This document shows positions 1 through 13,416 of a stretch of DNA of 64,000 nucleotides, in pieces. Both the position numbers and the translations under genes were made by a program. Origin of the DNA: Auanema rhodensis (taxonomy: Eukaryota > Animalia > Nematoda). Below the pieces are notes generated by a model. That model worked only from the letters and a program-made list of their open reading frames with translations. It had not been told where the DNA came from and did no database searches. Positions within the stretch are counted from its first letter, which is position 1, and every line of letters starts with the position of its first letter. The stretch lies in NCBI GenBank assembly GCA_964057225.1, contig OZ059896.1, positions 14,508,001 to 14,572,000 of the forward strand. Reading direction: 5' to 3'.

Positions 1-363
1 GCCGCCGTTAAGCGAGGCCGCTTGGATTAACTTCACAAGTTATGTAATATTAATATTCCTGTGCATTCCGTGCATCTAAATTACGGATCTCTATTTCATC
101 TTAATGTGCTCTTATGGCTTCACGGTTGATAGTTAAACTATTGTAGAGTGACTGTGTTAATAAATACTATTTATGAAATTTAAATCGGACAATACGAAGA
201 CATTTTGACTAGAATAAAAAAAAAATAATCATCCTTATGATGCAAAATAGTATTAATTAGTTTTAAAACAGCGTATAACGCCCTGTGTTGTGTTTTCTCA
301 TAGCATAGTAGTGAGGTCTTCTTGAAGCACTTTCTCTAATTTCCCTTCCCAAAGATTTACAAT

Positions 364-2408
364 TCAGTTTTTGAAACTGATGGATAGCTCTTTTGAAGTT
401 CTGAACATCATAATGAATACAAATAGTGATATTATCATCCATACCTTATCCTTTTTCCATGGCAATACCAAATTTGCAGTCAAGTGACCGTCAGCAGAAC
501 TGCTGGCCATAATCAAAAATCTTTTGTCATTATCACCAGCTACACTACAGGGGCACTCACGATAATCAGAAGTAAGTCTAATTTCTAAAAATTTTCTATT
601 TGAGAAAAGAAATAAGAGAAGAAAAAAGATATTCATAAATATCTTACCAGTTTCTGGAACATTTCTTCTGCGATCACCCTTCTTCAGACTACGTCCGCCT
701 CTTACAGTAATGTGAGTTCCACTCAATTTTCCAATTTTGCCCTTGAGCACTAAAATACTCCATGTTCCATAGCATTTACAGGGTATGAATAAATTATTCT
801 AACCTAATGTGCTTCGACAAAACTGGTCGACAAGATTTTCGTATGTAGAAACTTGATTGCAGGCTGGACAGCTGATGTCAGAAGCTGAAATTCGATATTT
901 GAGATAAAAGACTACCGACACCACGTATGTGAGCAACACTAAGAAGTCGAAGGAAAATTAGACGAAAATCCCTCGGGCTAGAACATAAGGCTGGACATAG
1001 GACGAAAACAGGGAAGGTGGATAAGGACCAAAACCTGGCTCATATGCCACAACAATCGTTAATATAGATGAGCCAGCCGAGAAAAGAATAGCGTAATTTC
1101 ATAAAATATTTCAGGAATCGCGCTTAGGTTAAAGGAAATTTTTGATTCTTAGGATTTTCTTTTTCAGTTCTTGTATCTATTGACTACTGTGAAAACACAA
1201 AATAAACTTCCACAAAATATATAAACCAAGAACTTGATTGAACGATAAGACGAGCTGAGAGCAAGCTTCAATGCAATATAAAAATGAGAGAAGAAGACAA
1301 AAAATCTATAATAGGAAACAATGACGGAACTCAACAAGTTATTAGAGCAGAAGGAAATTTTTTTATAGTTTATACAAGAGCGCAAGCAAGAAAGTAGCAT
1401 AATGCTGGCAAGTAATACCCGAATATATATACAAAATGAGATTAAAGCAATTGACTAGGTCAAAAAAAATGAGAAAAATGAAGAAGCAGTAAAGAAAACA
1501 AACTTTTTTGTTGGCTAACTTGTTCTATGCACATGTTGTTATCTTCTGGATATTTCTCGCATGAGAGCATATCCGGCCATGGAAAACCATAATTTCTCAT
1601 TCTATTCTCACATCCCTATAAAGGAAAAGTTAAGACTCTGAATACTTGATATCTTATACCTGCTTGACAGCTAAACATAGAGATCTACAAGGTAAGATTT
1701 CTCGATCCATTGATGGAATACAAATCGGAGCAAATAGGGAACAAAGAAAAAGCTAAACAATCTTATTCGGAACGAAATTGAAAGATGAATGGATGAAAAA
1801 GGATAAAAATTCGGAAAATCAGCGCAGAAATTACGAGAACTTGATTTAATTTGAAATTCATAAGAACTAATCTGTTTCTTTATCGCAGTTATTCATCTTG
1901 AGAAAATGATATTAAGATTACTGACCTGAGTATCCGGGTGGCAATTGAGTTTCAGAAGGGATTCCCAGTCCCTTGAAGCATGAATAGCTTCATTTAGAGT
2001 TTCGTGTTCGAGAAGATTAGGGAGACGCATATGCTTATACTAGAAAAATGAAAATATAACGAAAATGTGATTAAACTAAAATGTATGTTGATATTTGAAT
2101 TCTCAGAGTTCGTACTCATGAACTACAAAATCGATTTTAACGATGTGAACGTCACCGGAACTACCAAATTAGGATCATCCGGCAATGTTTAAGGAACAAA
2201 AGTATGAGAAACTAAGTGAATATCTCACCTGAATGCCATTACAGATAGTTAGATTAGATGGAATGTCCACACATCTTGGTCCATTTGGACGTTCGGAACT
2301 GAGCATTGCCCAGGAATCAGAAAGATATGAGCCGGTCTCAGCCCATATTGGAACGAGAAGTAAAAGGCTAGTTAGGATGGAAAACTGTTTTTGACTGTAT
2401 TTCACCAT
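364..2408 (-). CDS. sfrp-1: Secreted frizzled-related protein (signal peptide, Frizzled CRD, netrin/NTR domain), multi-exon
   Basis: Manual splicing gives MVKYSQK...GPRCVDIPSNLTICNGIQ | YKHMRLPNLLEHETLNEAIHASRDWESLLKLNCHPDTQ | LFLCSLFAPICIPSMDREILPCRSLCLAVKQ | GCENRMRNYGFPWPDMLSCEKY (Fz CRD). Later exons give CPACNQVSTYENLVDQFCRS and the C-terminal NTR region. Exon 1 is 2229-2408, exon 2 is 1926-2039, with GT-AG introns. Confidence 0.92.
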
Positions 2409-3618
2409 AGTTAATAGGGTTCAGTGGAAAAAATTAAGACTCGATATTAGCTGCTGGTTTGTAGACAGGTAGTATTGATGATAATCGGTGAGAGAATCGG
2501 TGAGAGAAAGATACGAGGGAAACAGAGAGCTTAGGTATCTCTTAGAGCTTTCTGTCACTGAAATTCAGCTAGTAGTAGACACGCAAATCACGGACAACCA
2601 AGATTCAACCAATAGCTGACTTGTAAAGAGGCGGAGTCTGTTAGTAGAAGACGGCAGAGCAACTGGAAAAATCTTCTCTTGCCGTCTGTTCGCCGTTAGA
2701 AGAAAGGCTAACAAAAGGGAAAGAATATCAGAAAAAGAGAATACTGCTAGGATATTTGAGAATATAGAATATAAACAATAGTTGTACAAATTTGGTCTAA
2801 ACTGCAATACGCTCAACCACTCGTTCAGACAATGGGCGGGGTTTATCACCTAACTTCTATCGCCCTCAGTCCATACTTTGTGGTCTGCACAAACCCGATA
2901 GTGCATGAGACCCTAGGTGCTAATAGTTCGAGAGTTTTTTTGTTTTTTTTAATGTAGCAAATAGCTTTTCTAGGAAGATTGTGCCTTCGGGAACTATTAA
3001 AAGATAATTAGCACACTAAGGTTTGAAGACAATACGACCGTTAAAACACCTGGAGTACCTAATTAGCTATTGAACAAGGACAAGAACAAGATGAGCACCA
3101 CCTGCTTACTTTTCAACTTCCGATGACAAAGCAAAATAAAGTAAAAAGACTCTAAAATTCTAGCAATTAGCTTGAGGTTTTTGTAAGAGAATGCTAATTA
3201 TTCTTTCTAATAGTAAATCGAGAGATCTAATTATGATATATAGTAAGTAAACTAAGAAATATTCTTTTTTGAGTAAACTTTATTTTCAATTTTTTTGCCA
3301 AGTTCATGTTACTTGAAAATTCTGACCTTTTGGTCAGAAATTAATTATGAAACTGATCTATAAGCTAATTTCATTTTTAAAAACCGATGTGCTTAAATCG
3401 GTTGTACTCGATGATTAATACTGACTTTATCATACCTTATATATCCCGAAAGTAAGAATTTTAATTGAACTGAATAGAAACCGCTTATCTATTTATATCA
3501 AAAACAATTTTTAGAACTAATTGGAATAGACAACCAACTAACAATTTGATATACTCGCAAATATTTGATGTTTGTTTTCAAAATGGTTTAGATATAGAGC
3601 GTCTTCTTCTTATTTCAG

Positions 3619-4437
3619 AACAGTATTCACTGTTGGAAATTTCCCAGGTGGTTATCTCAATCTAAAATAGCAGGAAGAGAAGTGCCATCCAGTGCATGCA
3701 CTTTTATTGCTTTAACTTTGGCTCAATTCATTCAAGGGTTAGACATTTTGAAGATTTATAGAGAAATTATGTCTTATAGAAAGCAATGTAACCTGGCTGA
3801 TTTGATACAAAATGATTTGCTAAACTTAAAGAATATACCTGTAGGACTAATCAAAATCAAACAATTCTAATATTTTATTACAGTTAGCGTTTCCTATTGA
3901 ACTACTAGATTTCTTCACTAATGCGATAATAGATGCCAACGCTACCCATGAGCAAGCTACGGCTGCCAGGTAGGAGCATTTTCAAAATTCTGAAGTTGTG
4001 ATTCAAATTCAGAAGGAAGCAATCCGAAACCTTTTCAATTCCGGATGCTATAAAGTATGGTAATGAAACTATGTATGAGGTTTACTTAATCAAAAAGTTC
4101 TTCGAAATAGAAATGAATTTAGATAGATTTTATGATCTACAAAGGGTGTGCTTGGCTTCATTTGTACAACGTTATCAAAAGAGCATATAATCAGTAATTA
4201 TTTTATTTTTAAAGGAAACTAAAAAAATATTTTAGCGCAGCTTTGAAAAATATACAGCATTTATGCTTTGTGTTTATTTCTATAGAAAGAGCCATATTAA
4301 TAGTTTGTGAAAGAAAAACCGATACAATATTCGTGTTTGACTCTCATTGCCATAACAGAGGAAATTCAGGTGCTATAATTAATTTGATACTCAGCTTTAT
4401 AATTGTTAAGGAGCTTATGTATCCGCAGCTAAAATAA
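3619..4437 (+). CDS. Spliced gene (or recent pseudogene) for a putative papain-fold cysteine peptidase, herpes-tegument/VTD deubiquitinase-like; 5' and 3' limits uncertain
   Basis: Exon after TTTCAG at 3619 reads NSIHCWKFPRWLSQSKIAGREVPSSACTFIALTLAQF (SQ...S-A-C). Later exons read LLDFFTNAIIDANATHE, ETFSIPDAIKY and AILIVCERKTDTIFVFDSHCHNRGNSGAII (F-D-S-H). The full model was not resolved. Confidence 0.45.
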
Positions 4438-5221
4438 AAGATTTGTTGAAATTCTCAATACACATTTTCTCCGTCTTCTTTCCTGATTTGATACACAAGC
4501 ATACATCGACCACTGTAAACTTTAGCATTTTTATTAATCATACTTTTCTCTCTCAGAAATTTGAAATTTCTTGTGTTCATATCGTAGATTTCAACTCCAA
4601 GAAAGTATCAGCAAAGGTTACAAAATCTTTATTTCTTTATAATGTTATTTTTATAGGTTTTTCCTAGATTAAAGCCTAAGTTCCAAATTCAAAACTATAA
4701 AGAAAAAGTTTGAATGAATACCAACCGCCTTATTCTAAACTTACAACAAAACTACTAACAATTCTTCAATTTGTATTTGTTACAATTGTAAGACCTATTG
4801 AGTAAATATAATAAACACTAGATGTTATTTTTCTCCAATTAATCTCTGAATAATTTTACCATGGAATAAACTTTTTAGTTTTCGAGCGCGTTATTGGTCC
4901 CGCCGCGATTGACCTGCGAACGAAGACACAGTGTTACCAGCCGTAGTTTCGCAACTCTTTCTGACGAATCCTACTAAGTCTTTCAACAGATTTTCGTGTT
5001 ATGTTATAAACTTGCTTAACTTTTGTTTTGTTTTCCTTTGTTAATATAGAATATAACTGCAGGTGAATTTATTTTTTTGATTTTTTTATTAAAATATATA
5101 TCTAGTGTCTTATTTCCTATTTCTATCAGTTTTATTTTTATAATTACGTTGGTTTTCGTGCCCTTGCTCATTTTCTTTTCAATTTCTTTTCTATATTTTT
5201 TTCATAAATAATTTTAGAAAC

Positions 5222-5954
5222 ATGGGTCGCCGTCCGGCAAGATGTTACAGATACATCAAGAACAAGCCGTACCCCAAGTCTCGCTTCTGTAGAGGAGTTC
5301 CTGATTCTAAGATCAGAATTTACGACCTCGGAAAGAAGAAGGCTAGTGTTGATGAGTTCCCTTACTGTGTACACATGATGTCCATCGAAAGAGAACACTT
5401 GTCTTCTGAGGCTCTGGAAGCTGCCCGTATCTGTGCTAACAAGTACATGGTCAAGAACTGCGGAAAGGTAAAATTTTTTTGAGTATCAGTTATTTTACTT
5501 TATTAATTCAGGACTCCTTCCATCTCCGTGTCAGAAAGCATCCATTCCACGTAATCCGCATTAACAAAATGCTTTCCTGTGCCGGTGCTGATAGACTTCA
5601 GACCGGTATGCGTGGTGCCTTCGGTAAGCCACAGGGTCTTGTAGCCCGTGTCGATATCGGAGACATCCTCTTCTCCATGAGAATCAAGGAAAACGTATGT
5701 TGTTTTTTTAGGTTTTAAAAATAATATAATCTCTTCAGAACATCAACCACGCTATTGAGGCCTTCCGTCGTGCTAAGTTCAAGTTCCCAGGACGTCAGCT
5801 CATCGTTCAATCTCGCAAGTGGGGATTCACTCGCTACGAACGCGATGTCTACGAGAAAATGAAGGAGGAAGGAAGACTTCGTCATGACGGAGTCAACGTC
5901 CAACTTATCAGAGAGCACGGACCTCTCTCTAAGTGGATCCAGAACCCTATCTAA
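5222..5954 (+). CDS. rpl-10: 60S ribosomal protein L10 (uL16), 214 aa; exons 5222-5467, 5512-5694, 5739-5954
   Basis: [28 protein letters not shown]...[24 protein letters not shown]...[12 protein letters not shown]; three exons join in frame through GT-AG introns. Confidence 0.97.
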
Positions 5955-6842
5955 TTGTTATTCTTTGAAATGAACTTGTTATGCTAATAATTTGCTTGTT
6001 TTATGAATATATTTAAAGAAGTTGAAAGAATGTGACGAAACCGGTAATCTATAACAATTGTCAGCAAAAAAATAGATAAGGCAGGAAAGTAGTTGTGGCT
6101 CGGTTGTGTGCTTGCAAGATCTTGCTGATTTATGGCTAATCTGTATAAGATGTGTTTAAGAGTTTATAGTTGTATGGATATTATCGTAAAGTTAGAATTG
6201 GGTTGAAGATAAAGGAGAAATGTACGAATATTACTTAAATGACCTCCGGTCTTTCTTCAAAGGAAATTCTTAAAGTTTTCACTTTTCACTTTCTTTTGAA
6301 ATCACAAATTCATCTAAACTGGTAGTGTGGCGTGATTTCGTGATATATTCAAATTCTTTGACTTTCATTTGTGTCATTCATATTTTCATTATTATTCGAA
6401 CTATCAGGGCTTTGGTAAATGGTCAACGAAGGATGACCGATGTTTCTTTCTTGGTAACCGTGTAGACCTTTGTTCTGTTCTAGTATACGAGTTGCCCTTA
6501 AACACAAGAAAAGGTGCTGTGTGTTCCACTTCCGTCCATTTCGAGGACACTTTTCGTAAACTTCTTCAGGTGGTTATAGATGTTGAAGATGTTTAAGATG
6601 TCATACCCCCGTTAACAACATCTAGGTTATCATTAAGTCTATCGATAACTACTGAACCTTACGCTTTTTTCACAAAACCGATATGATCAGAAACCCATTT
6701 TTTGTATAAAAACAGGATAATTCTGTTGACTTTTGAAGAAAAAAAAATACCGACAATTTGATAGGAGAGATTTGAGCTATGAGAGAGCAACAGAGAAATA
6801 GAAAAATAACTTTGAGTGATTAGTAGACAAGATCTTGATCTC

Positions 6843-8269
6843 AGGTCATCCTCATGCAAGACATGCCGATCTAAATTCCTGAGCAATATACTTCTGGTTA
6901 TGCACATTGCTGATGGCAGGCTATCCGACCCAGGTCAAGCTTCATACTCCCCCTCCTCTCCATAATCTGCAACGGCCACTAGCTCAAATCAGTATTGTTC
7001 AAATCTCCGATCCCGTTCGGTGGTATGCGACCTGAATGCTTTCTTTCTTCAATCTCCTTGACATTTTTCTTTTTTTCTACTCATCCTACAAGGCACTTTC
7101 TCTCTTAAAGATCCACATACCTTCTGAATCTGGATTTTCTTCATACACAACCGATCTGTATTCTTATCAATAGAAAAATGAAATTCATTTTCAATGACTC
7201 ACCCTTTCTACCAAATCGTTTAATTATTGACAATTTCAAAATTGTCTTCAATTGAGATGAATTATTTTTATTTTTCTCAAATGAAACAGTGATTATATGA
7301 AAATGGAGATATACAAACTACACTAAGTAATATAATTTTTTAATCAGCTCTAGATAAATATATGCTTTTTGTGTTTTTTCGGTCAAAAATTATTTTTTTA
7401 CAAACAAAGTTTGCTATTAATGATACATCTTCATGCTAACTAGCCCATGTTATATCTTGATAAGTGAGTTCCTGTGCTAGCTACCGTATATGGATCATGG
7501 TCAGCGTGCTTAGGTCGGCAACGAGATGGCCAATGCAGTTACTGATTGTATCTATTCTCAAGCTGATTGGTGTTCTCGATATGTTTTTGAGGTCCATCTC
7601 ACATCCTCATTCGGCACTATCATGCAAGCCAATAAGCTACACTCTTTATTTCCTTTATAGTCTTTCAGTTATTAGAGTAAGAAAATTTCTATTTATATGC
7701 GTCAAGTTAAAAAATATTAATCATTCGTGTTCGTTCAAATATTTATTTTTACTTGAAACTGTTTTTTGTTCATTTTTAATATTTCCTTTAATTGATCTAT
7801 AAATATTCCCATGAATATTATCCATTAATCTCAAATACGCTTATATATCAGAGCATCGTAAATCCTATGACTTGACCTAATGCTTTTCCTGTGGCACTTT
7901 TTCCCATTTCGGCTCAAAAGTTCTGGGCGGGATCTGACATCAGGTCATTTTCCCGCTCGTTGTCATTCTTCAAGCAGCAGCATCATTATCAGATATCGAG
8001 ATGTGAATGAAAAAGAGAGAAGAAAAGAAATGACCGTGTTCTTCTAATTTCATTGCACAATCGTTTTCTACTGATTCCGTTGCTGCTTTCTATGTCTTCA
8101 TATCCTTACCACAGATTGCCTGTTTAACCCTGCGCCTCCTCGGGATTCTGTGGAGGCTTCTCTCTTCTAACTCTTTCAATGTCTCTGATCTATTTTTCTT
8201 GGATACTATCTCCTTTTTCTACCGCCTCCTCCTTCTCATTGCCTTCCCTGTCACTAGGTATTGGGGTCA
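6843..8269. promoter_or_regulatory. Cluster of RGGTCA nuclear-receptor half-sites upstream of noah-2 (candidate NHR-23/RORE sites)
   Basis: AGGTCA at 6843, 6932 and 7942; TGACCT at 7873 (ATTAGGTCA on the minus strand); GGGTCA at 8264. Function is inferred from the molting role of noah-2. Confidence 0.35.
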
Positions 8270-8640
8270 AGGCAGTTGGCTGGAAAAACGTCGCTCAGAC
8301 GGCGTAGCTGCAGTAACGATCAGTCCGGAACAGTACGCCAACCGCGTCGGTCTTGTTCGTGTGTCGTTCTCTTGCTTCCATGATAGCCGAATGCAGCTAA
8401 GCTTCTAAGCCATTTACTTCTTTTCCTGCTTTAAGGATAGCGAGAACTGAGAACTAGGCACTATGCCGTTAGGATCTTAGGGATTCTACATTCCGTCACT
8501 AGCCGGACTTTCATTTTACGTTTTCCCTCTTTTCTTTGATTTCTTTTATTCCATATGTATCGTGTTCTTGAATCGCTTAATACTTAATTTTTTAAATTTA
8601 TACTAATTTTTACTCTATTAGAACCACAAATTACCGCAGA

Positions 8641-11600
8641 ATGAGGCGGTGGTTCCTGTTTTGTCTTTTGGCTCTCCCTGTCTCCTGTGTCTTTGAATGC
8701 TCATCCCAAGAAACAACTGCGTTCGTTCGTATCGCTCGTGCTCGTCTTGATGGAACTCCAGTCGTTGTTTCCACTGCTGGTAAGGTTTAACAGAAAACTT
8801 CATTTTAAAATTAAAATATATTCATAAAATTCTATTACCCTAAAATATTCTTGAAAATCTCGTTAGCCTCGTTAGCGAATTCCTAGCACAGCATGTCAGC
8901 TAGTTTATCCTTGACAAGTGATAGTCAGTGGATTGTCGAGAAACATCAATCCATAAATAATTCGTTAGTACCATGCTAGAGTTATATCATTTGTCGCTGT
9001 CTTCTGATCTGCATCATCAACATGATGTAGGTTTCCAAAGTGCTTATGGGGTCCGTCTAGCGCTTTCGCCTTGTTGACCCACTTTCGCAATCTCAATTAG
9101 CTGTCTCCGCGACTGAAAATGATGATCAGTTGTCGTGAATAAGCATAGGAAAACGTTAAAAAAAGACCTAATGTTCATGAAATGTGATAGATTAAAAGAT
9201 AAAAAATCATCAAGATCAATGTGCAAAACATTCTGAGATTTGTCTTTCTAGGACACGATTTGACTTGCGCCCAATACTGCCGTAACAACATTGAACCAAC
9301 TACTGGAGCTCAAAGAGTCTGTGCCTCATTCAACTTTGATGGACGTGAGACTTGCTACTTCTTTGACGATGCTGCTTCCCCAGCCGGTATGTGTTCTTAA
9401 ACTTGACTTCATTTTCAAGTCAAGCTTCAACTTGACTAATTATTAATTATTTTAGGAACCAGTGAATTGACTGCAAACCCATCTGCCAACAACTTCTACT
9501 ATGAGAAGACTTGTCTCCCAGGGGTCAGCTCTCATGAAGCTTGTACTTACCGTTCCTTCTCATTCGAACGTATGCGTAAGACTACTCTCGAAGGATTCGT
9601 CCGCAAGAGCATCCAAGTTGCCAACCGTGAACAATGCTTGTCCGCTTGCTTGAAGGAGAAGGAGTTTGTCTGCAGATCTGTTAATTACAACTACGATTCA
9701 TACCTCTGCGAGATGAACGCGGAAGACCGCAGATCCAAACCAACTCATCTTCGTATGGCTGAAGTTAATGTCGATTACTATGACAACAACTGTTTGACCC
9801 GTAAGTTTCTCCCATTTATCCTTCATATTTTTCTAATTCTCTATGACTTTCAGGTCAAAATCGTTGTGGACCATCCGGAGGAAATCTCGTCTTCGTCAAG
9901 ACTACAAACTTTGAAATCAAATTCTACGACCACACCCAATCTGTTGAGGCTCAAGAATCCTATTGTCTCCAGAAGTGTCTTGATTCTCTTAACACTTTCT
10001 GCCGGTATTTCATAACTCGTAGTCACGAATCATTCTATTTTCTGCTTTTCCAGTTCCGTCGAATTCAACCCAACTGAGAAGAACTGTATTGTATCTGATG
10101 AGGATACTTTCTCTCGTGCTGATCAACAAGGACAAGTTGTCGGAAAAGACTACTACGAGCCAATTTGCGTTGCTGGTAAGCATTATTCGATTTATCTTCG
10201 TGTATCATTTCGGTACATCTTTTGTGAACTCCCAAATGTGATCACATACTTTTTGGTCAAATCTGTCAAACTTAACAAGATTATGAAATGAATCACAGAC
10301 ATTGCATACATAGTTTAATGTCAAAGGAACGTCACCCTCCACTGATGTCACTTTTCCATCAGGAATGGGTTTGAATTGACCCCATTTACGGATTTCCTTT
10401 CATGTAGCTCCCATCTATCTCTCATGCTTCCACCAGCTTAGGGTGTGTATTTTATCAAAAACCAAATGTTTGTCATTGAAGTAGACAGAGATCTAAATAC
10501 CCTCTGAATCAAGTGTCACATTTCAATGATTGCATTCATTTTCGATATATATTTTCTTATATACACATGTATATAAGAAGAACGCTTGAATATAGTTTTT
10601 TAACTTGAACTAGTGACACCAATTAGAAATTGCCCTAAAGCAATTCTTGTGTCTTTGTTCTTTTCTCAAAGAAAAACGGATTCTCAATCTTTAATGAATA
10701 ACAACAGCCATGTTGTTTCTTTTGTTACAAATGTGTGATTTGAGAGGTGAGCAAGAGATTGTGGAAAGGGGAAGCTTCGGAGGCTGAAAAAGCGAAATCT
10801 AATACGCTGATTCTTTCAAAAAGGTAAATAATTTTCCTGTTTTGGATTAAATAAGAATACTAACTTGGATGGCCTGTGAACAAGGTATGTAGGTCGGCGA
10901 AGTAAGAGATAACAACGACCTTCACCTTTTCTCTCTTCTTCAATCTCAAAATGTCTTTGAAGAAAAAAATACAGAGAGAAATGTGGAGAGTATTTCAGAT
11001 AGAATGTAAGAGATTCATTGTGGATGTTTGGAAAAGAATGATTTGGTTATCCGAAAGTTTTTATGGGACTCACTATCAAAAAGAAAAAATATTTGAGAAA
11101 GACTAAGAGGGAGAGAGAGAGGAGAGAAATACAATAATGCACTTTATCCAATTAGATGGTGATCTCGAGGCCGATGACGTCGTGCTAGTGGTTCGCAATG
11201 GTTCATGTCCAAAATATCTAATGAAGATCTAATTACATTATCTTTTTTTATTTTCTCTTTTTGGGGTTCTACATGATAGAAATAAGAAAAACCATTCTTT
11301 CTCTTGGTTGCCTTGAACCTCTGTCAACCTCTTTCCATAGTCCATTTGATATTTAGATTATGAAACCATTTATTCTAGAATTTTAATTTGTTTTGATTTA
11401 ATTTTTATATCTTTTCGTTTCAGCTGATCTATCTTCTTCCACTTGTCGTCAACAATCTGCTTTCGAACGCTTCATTGGAGTTTCTATTGAAGGAGAAATT
11501 GTCGCATCTGCTCAAGGAGTTACCGTATCCGACTGTATCTCCCTCTGTTTCCAGAATCTGAACTGCAAGTCTATCAACTATGACCGGTTAGTCGATTTCA

Positions 11601-13416
11601 TCTAACTTATTCTTATTTCTTTTAACTTCTTTTAACATTTTTATTTATTATATTCTTTACTGAGATTTTCTTTTAAGAACTGCCTCTACTTGCTTCATCT
11701 ATGCCGTTGGACGTTCTGACGCCAATGTCAAGGCTAACCCATCCATGGACTATTACGAGTTCAATTGTGAATCTCAATTCGGAGGAATGGCTCTCTGTAC
11801 CAACGAAGGAATCCGTTTCATCGTTAATACCAAGGAACCATATACTGGAGCCATCTATGCTGCTGAACGTTTCTCTACCTGCTCCCAAGTCGTTGAGAAC
11901 GCCAAGCAAATCTCCATCACTTTCCCACCACCAACTGTTTCTTCTGACTGCGGTACTGTTATCCGTGATGGAAAGATGGAAGCCTTAGTTGTTGTTTCCC
12001 TTGACGGAGTTCTTCCTCATCAAGTTACCACCGAATGGGATCGTTTCTACCGCGTCAGTTGTGATGTTTCTATGGATAAGATGGTTAAGGAAGGAACTGT
12101 TGTTGTCACCACCATCTATGAAGCCAAGTAAGCTCTTATTAAACCTTAAACGTTATTTATTTTGAACTCTTCCAGCTCCCAGAATACTACCGTTCTTGAA
12201 GTCGCCACTCCTCCACCAGTCACTGCTGAGCTCTCCATCATGAACCAACTTGAGGAACCATTACACAAGGCTTCTATTGGAGATCCACTCATGCTTGTTA
12301 TCTCTTCTGAGCAAGCTGGACCACACAACATGATGATCACTGAGTGTACCGCCACCCGTATTGGAGGATTTGGAGATTCTGTTCCATTCACCCTTATCGA
12401 GAACGGATGCCCAAGATACCCAGCCTTGGTTGGACCAGTTGAACAAGATTTTGAAAAGAACCGCCTCAAGAGTGATCTCCGTGCCTTCCGTCTTGACGGA
12501 TCTTACGACGTTCAAATCATGTGCACTGTCATGTTCTGCGCCGGACCAAATGGATGCCCAGTGGTACGTTAATATTTCAACTAAATTCTCTCTTGTCGTT
12601 TTGAAATAATCTATTCGACCTGCTCAAACATCACGTTTTTCATTCTTTTCTTTTCAGTCTAACTGCCTAGACTCTGGAACCAATGAACTCTTCATGTCTC
12701 ATGGACGCAAGAAGAGATCCACCACTGAAGAAGGAGGAACTGAGACTTTATCTGCTGTTCTCCGCGTTTTGGCTAAGGGAGAAGAAGAAGAGCTCATGAG
12801 CAACTCTTCCATCCACAGGTTTGTAAAAAAACTTTTCATTTGAAATACTTAAAAGCAAGAGAAAACAGAAGAAGAGTAATATGACAAAGAAAGGAAATGA
12901 TTTCCCGCTAAGAGGCAATGCAGCTGCAACTGTTCCATTGCTATCTATTGCTCTTTTAGAATCCGTATAACTTTACTCTTGTACTCTCCCTCTTTGCTAT
13001 TTTTTCAAGTTTTCCGTTAACTTAAACGACTGGCAAAGGGACTTTGAGGCTCTTTTGGCCTCATTTCGTCAACGAAATGAAAAGCAAAAACACAGAAAAA
13101 TATTATTTTAAGAATATAAGTTTTCGTTTCGAGTATCTGCCACTCATTGGTTCTTCATCTAATTTTGGAGAGCAGAAATAACTGCAGTAAAAAATGAAAG
13201 AAAAAACAACTTAAACATGCTGTATATTATAGTTGGCTGGAATTAATTTTCTGTATTTTCAGCATGCAAGACATGGATGATCTTGTCTGTTTATCAGAGA
13301 CATGGTTCGTCTCTTCCATCGTCAGCATTTCCGTCGTCTGTCTCATTCTGTCAGCTTTGATTGTTGTCTGGGGATGTAGCTCATTACATGAGACTAAGGT
13401 CAATTTACCAAAATAA
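8641..13416 (+). CDS. noah-2: PAN/Apple-repeat plus ZP-domain apical extracellular matrix (precuticle/sheath) protein, multi-exon
   Basis: Signal peptide MRRWFLFCLLALPCLLC, then VFECSSQETTAFVRIARARLDGTPVVVSTAG|HDLTCAQYCRNNIEPTTGAQRVCASFNFDG, several PAN domains, ZP domain (CTNEGIRFIVNTKEPYTGAIYA...LRAFRLDGSYDVQIMC), furin site GRKKRS, C-terminal TM helix, stop TAA at 13414-13416. Confidence 0.95.

Noticed and set aside
1-31. GC-rich small hairpin at the window start (possible element end or chromosome-break motif)
   Set aside because: Truncated by the window edge, with no telomere repeats or other support.
5050-5217. Possible 13-nt 5'UTR micro-exon plus intron in rpl-10
   Set aside because: Equally well explained as an ordinary outron; cannot be decided without transcripts.
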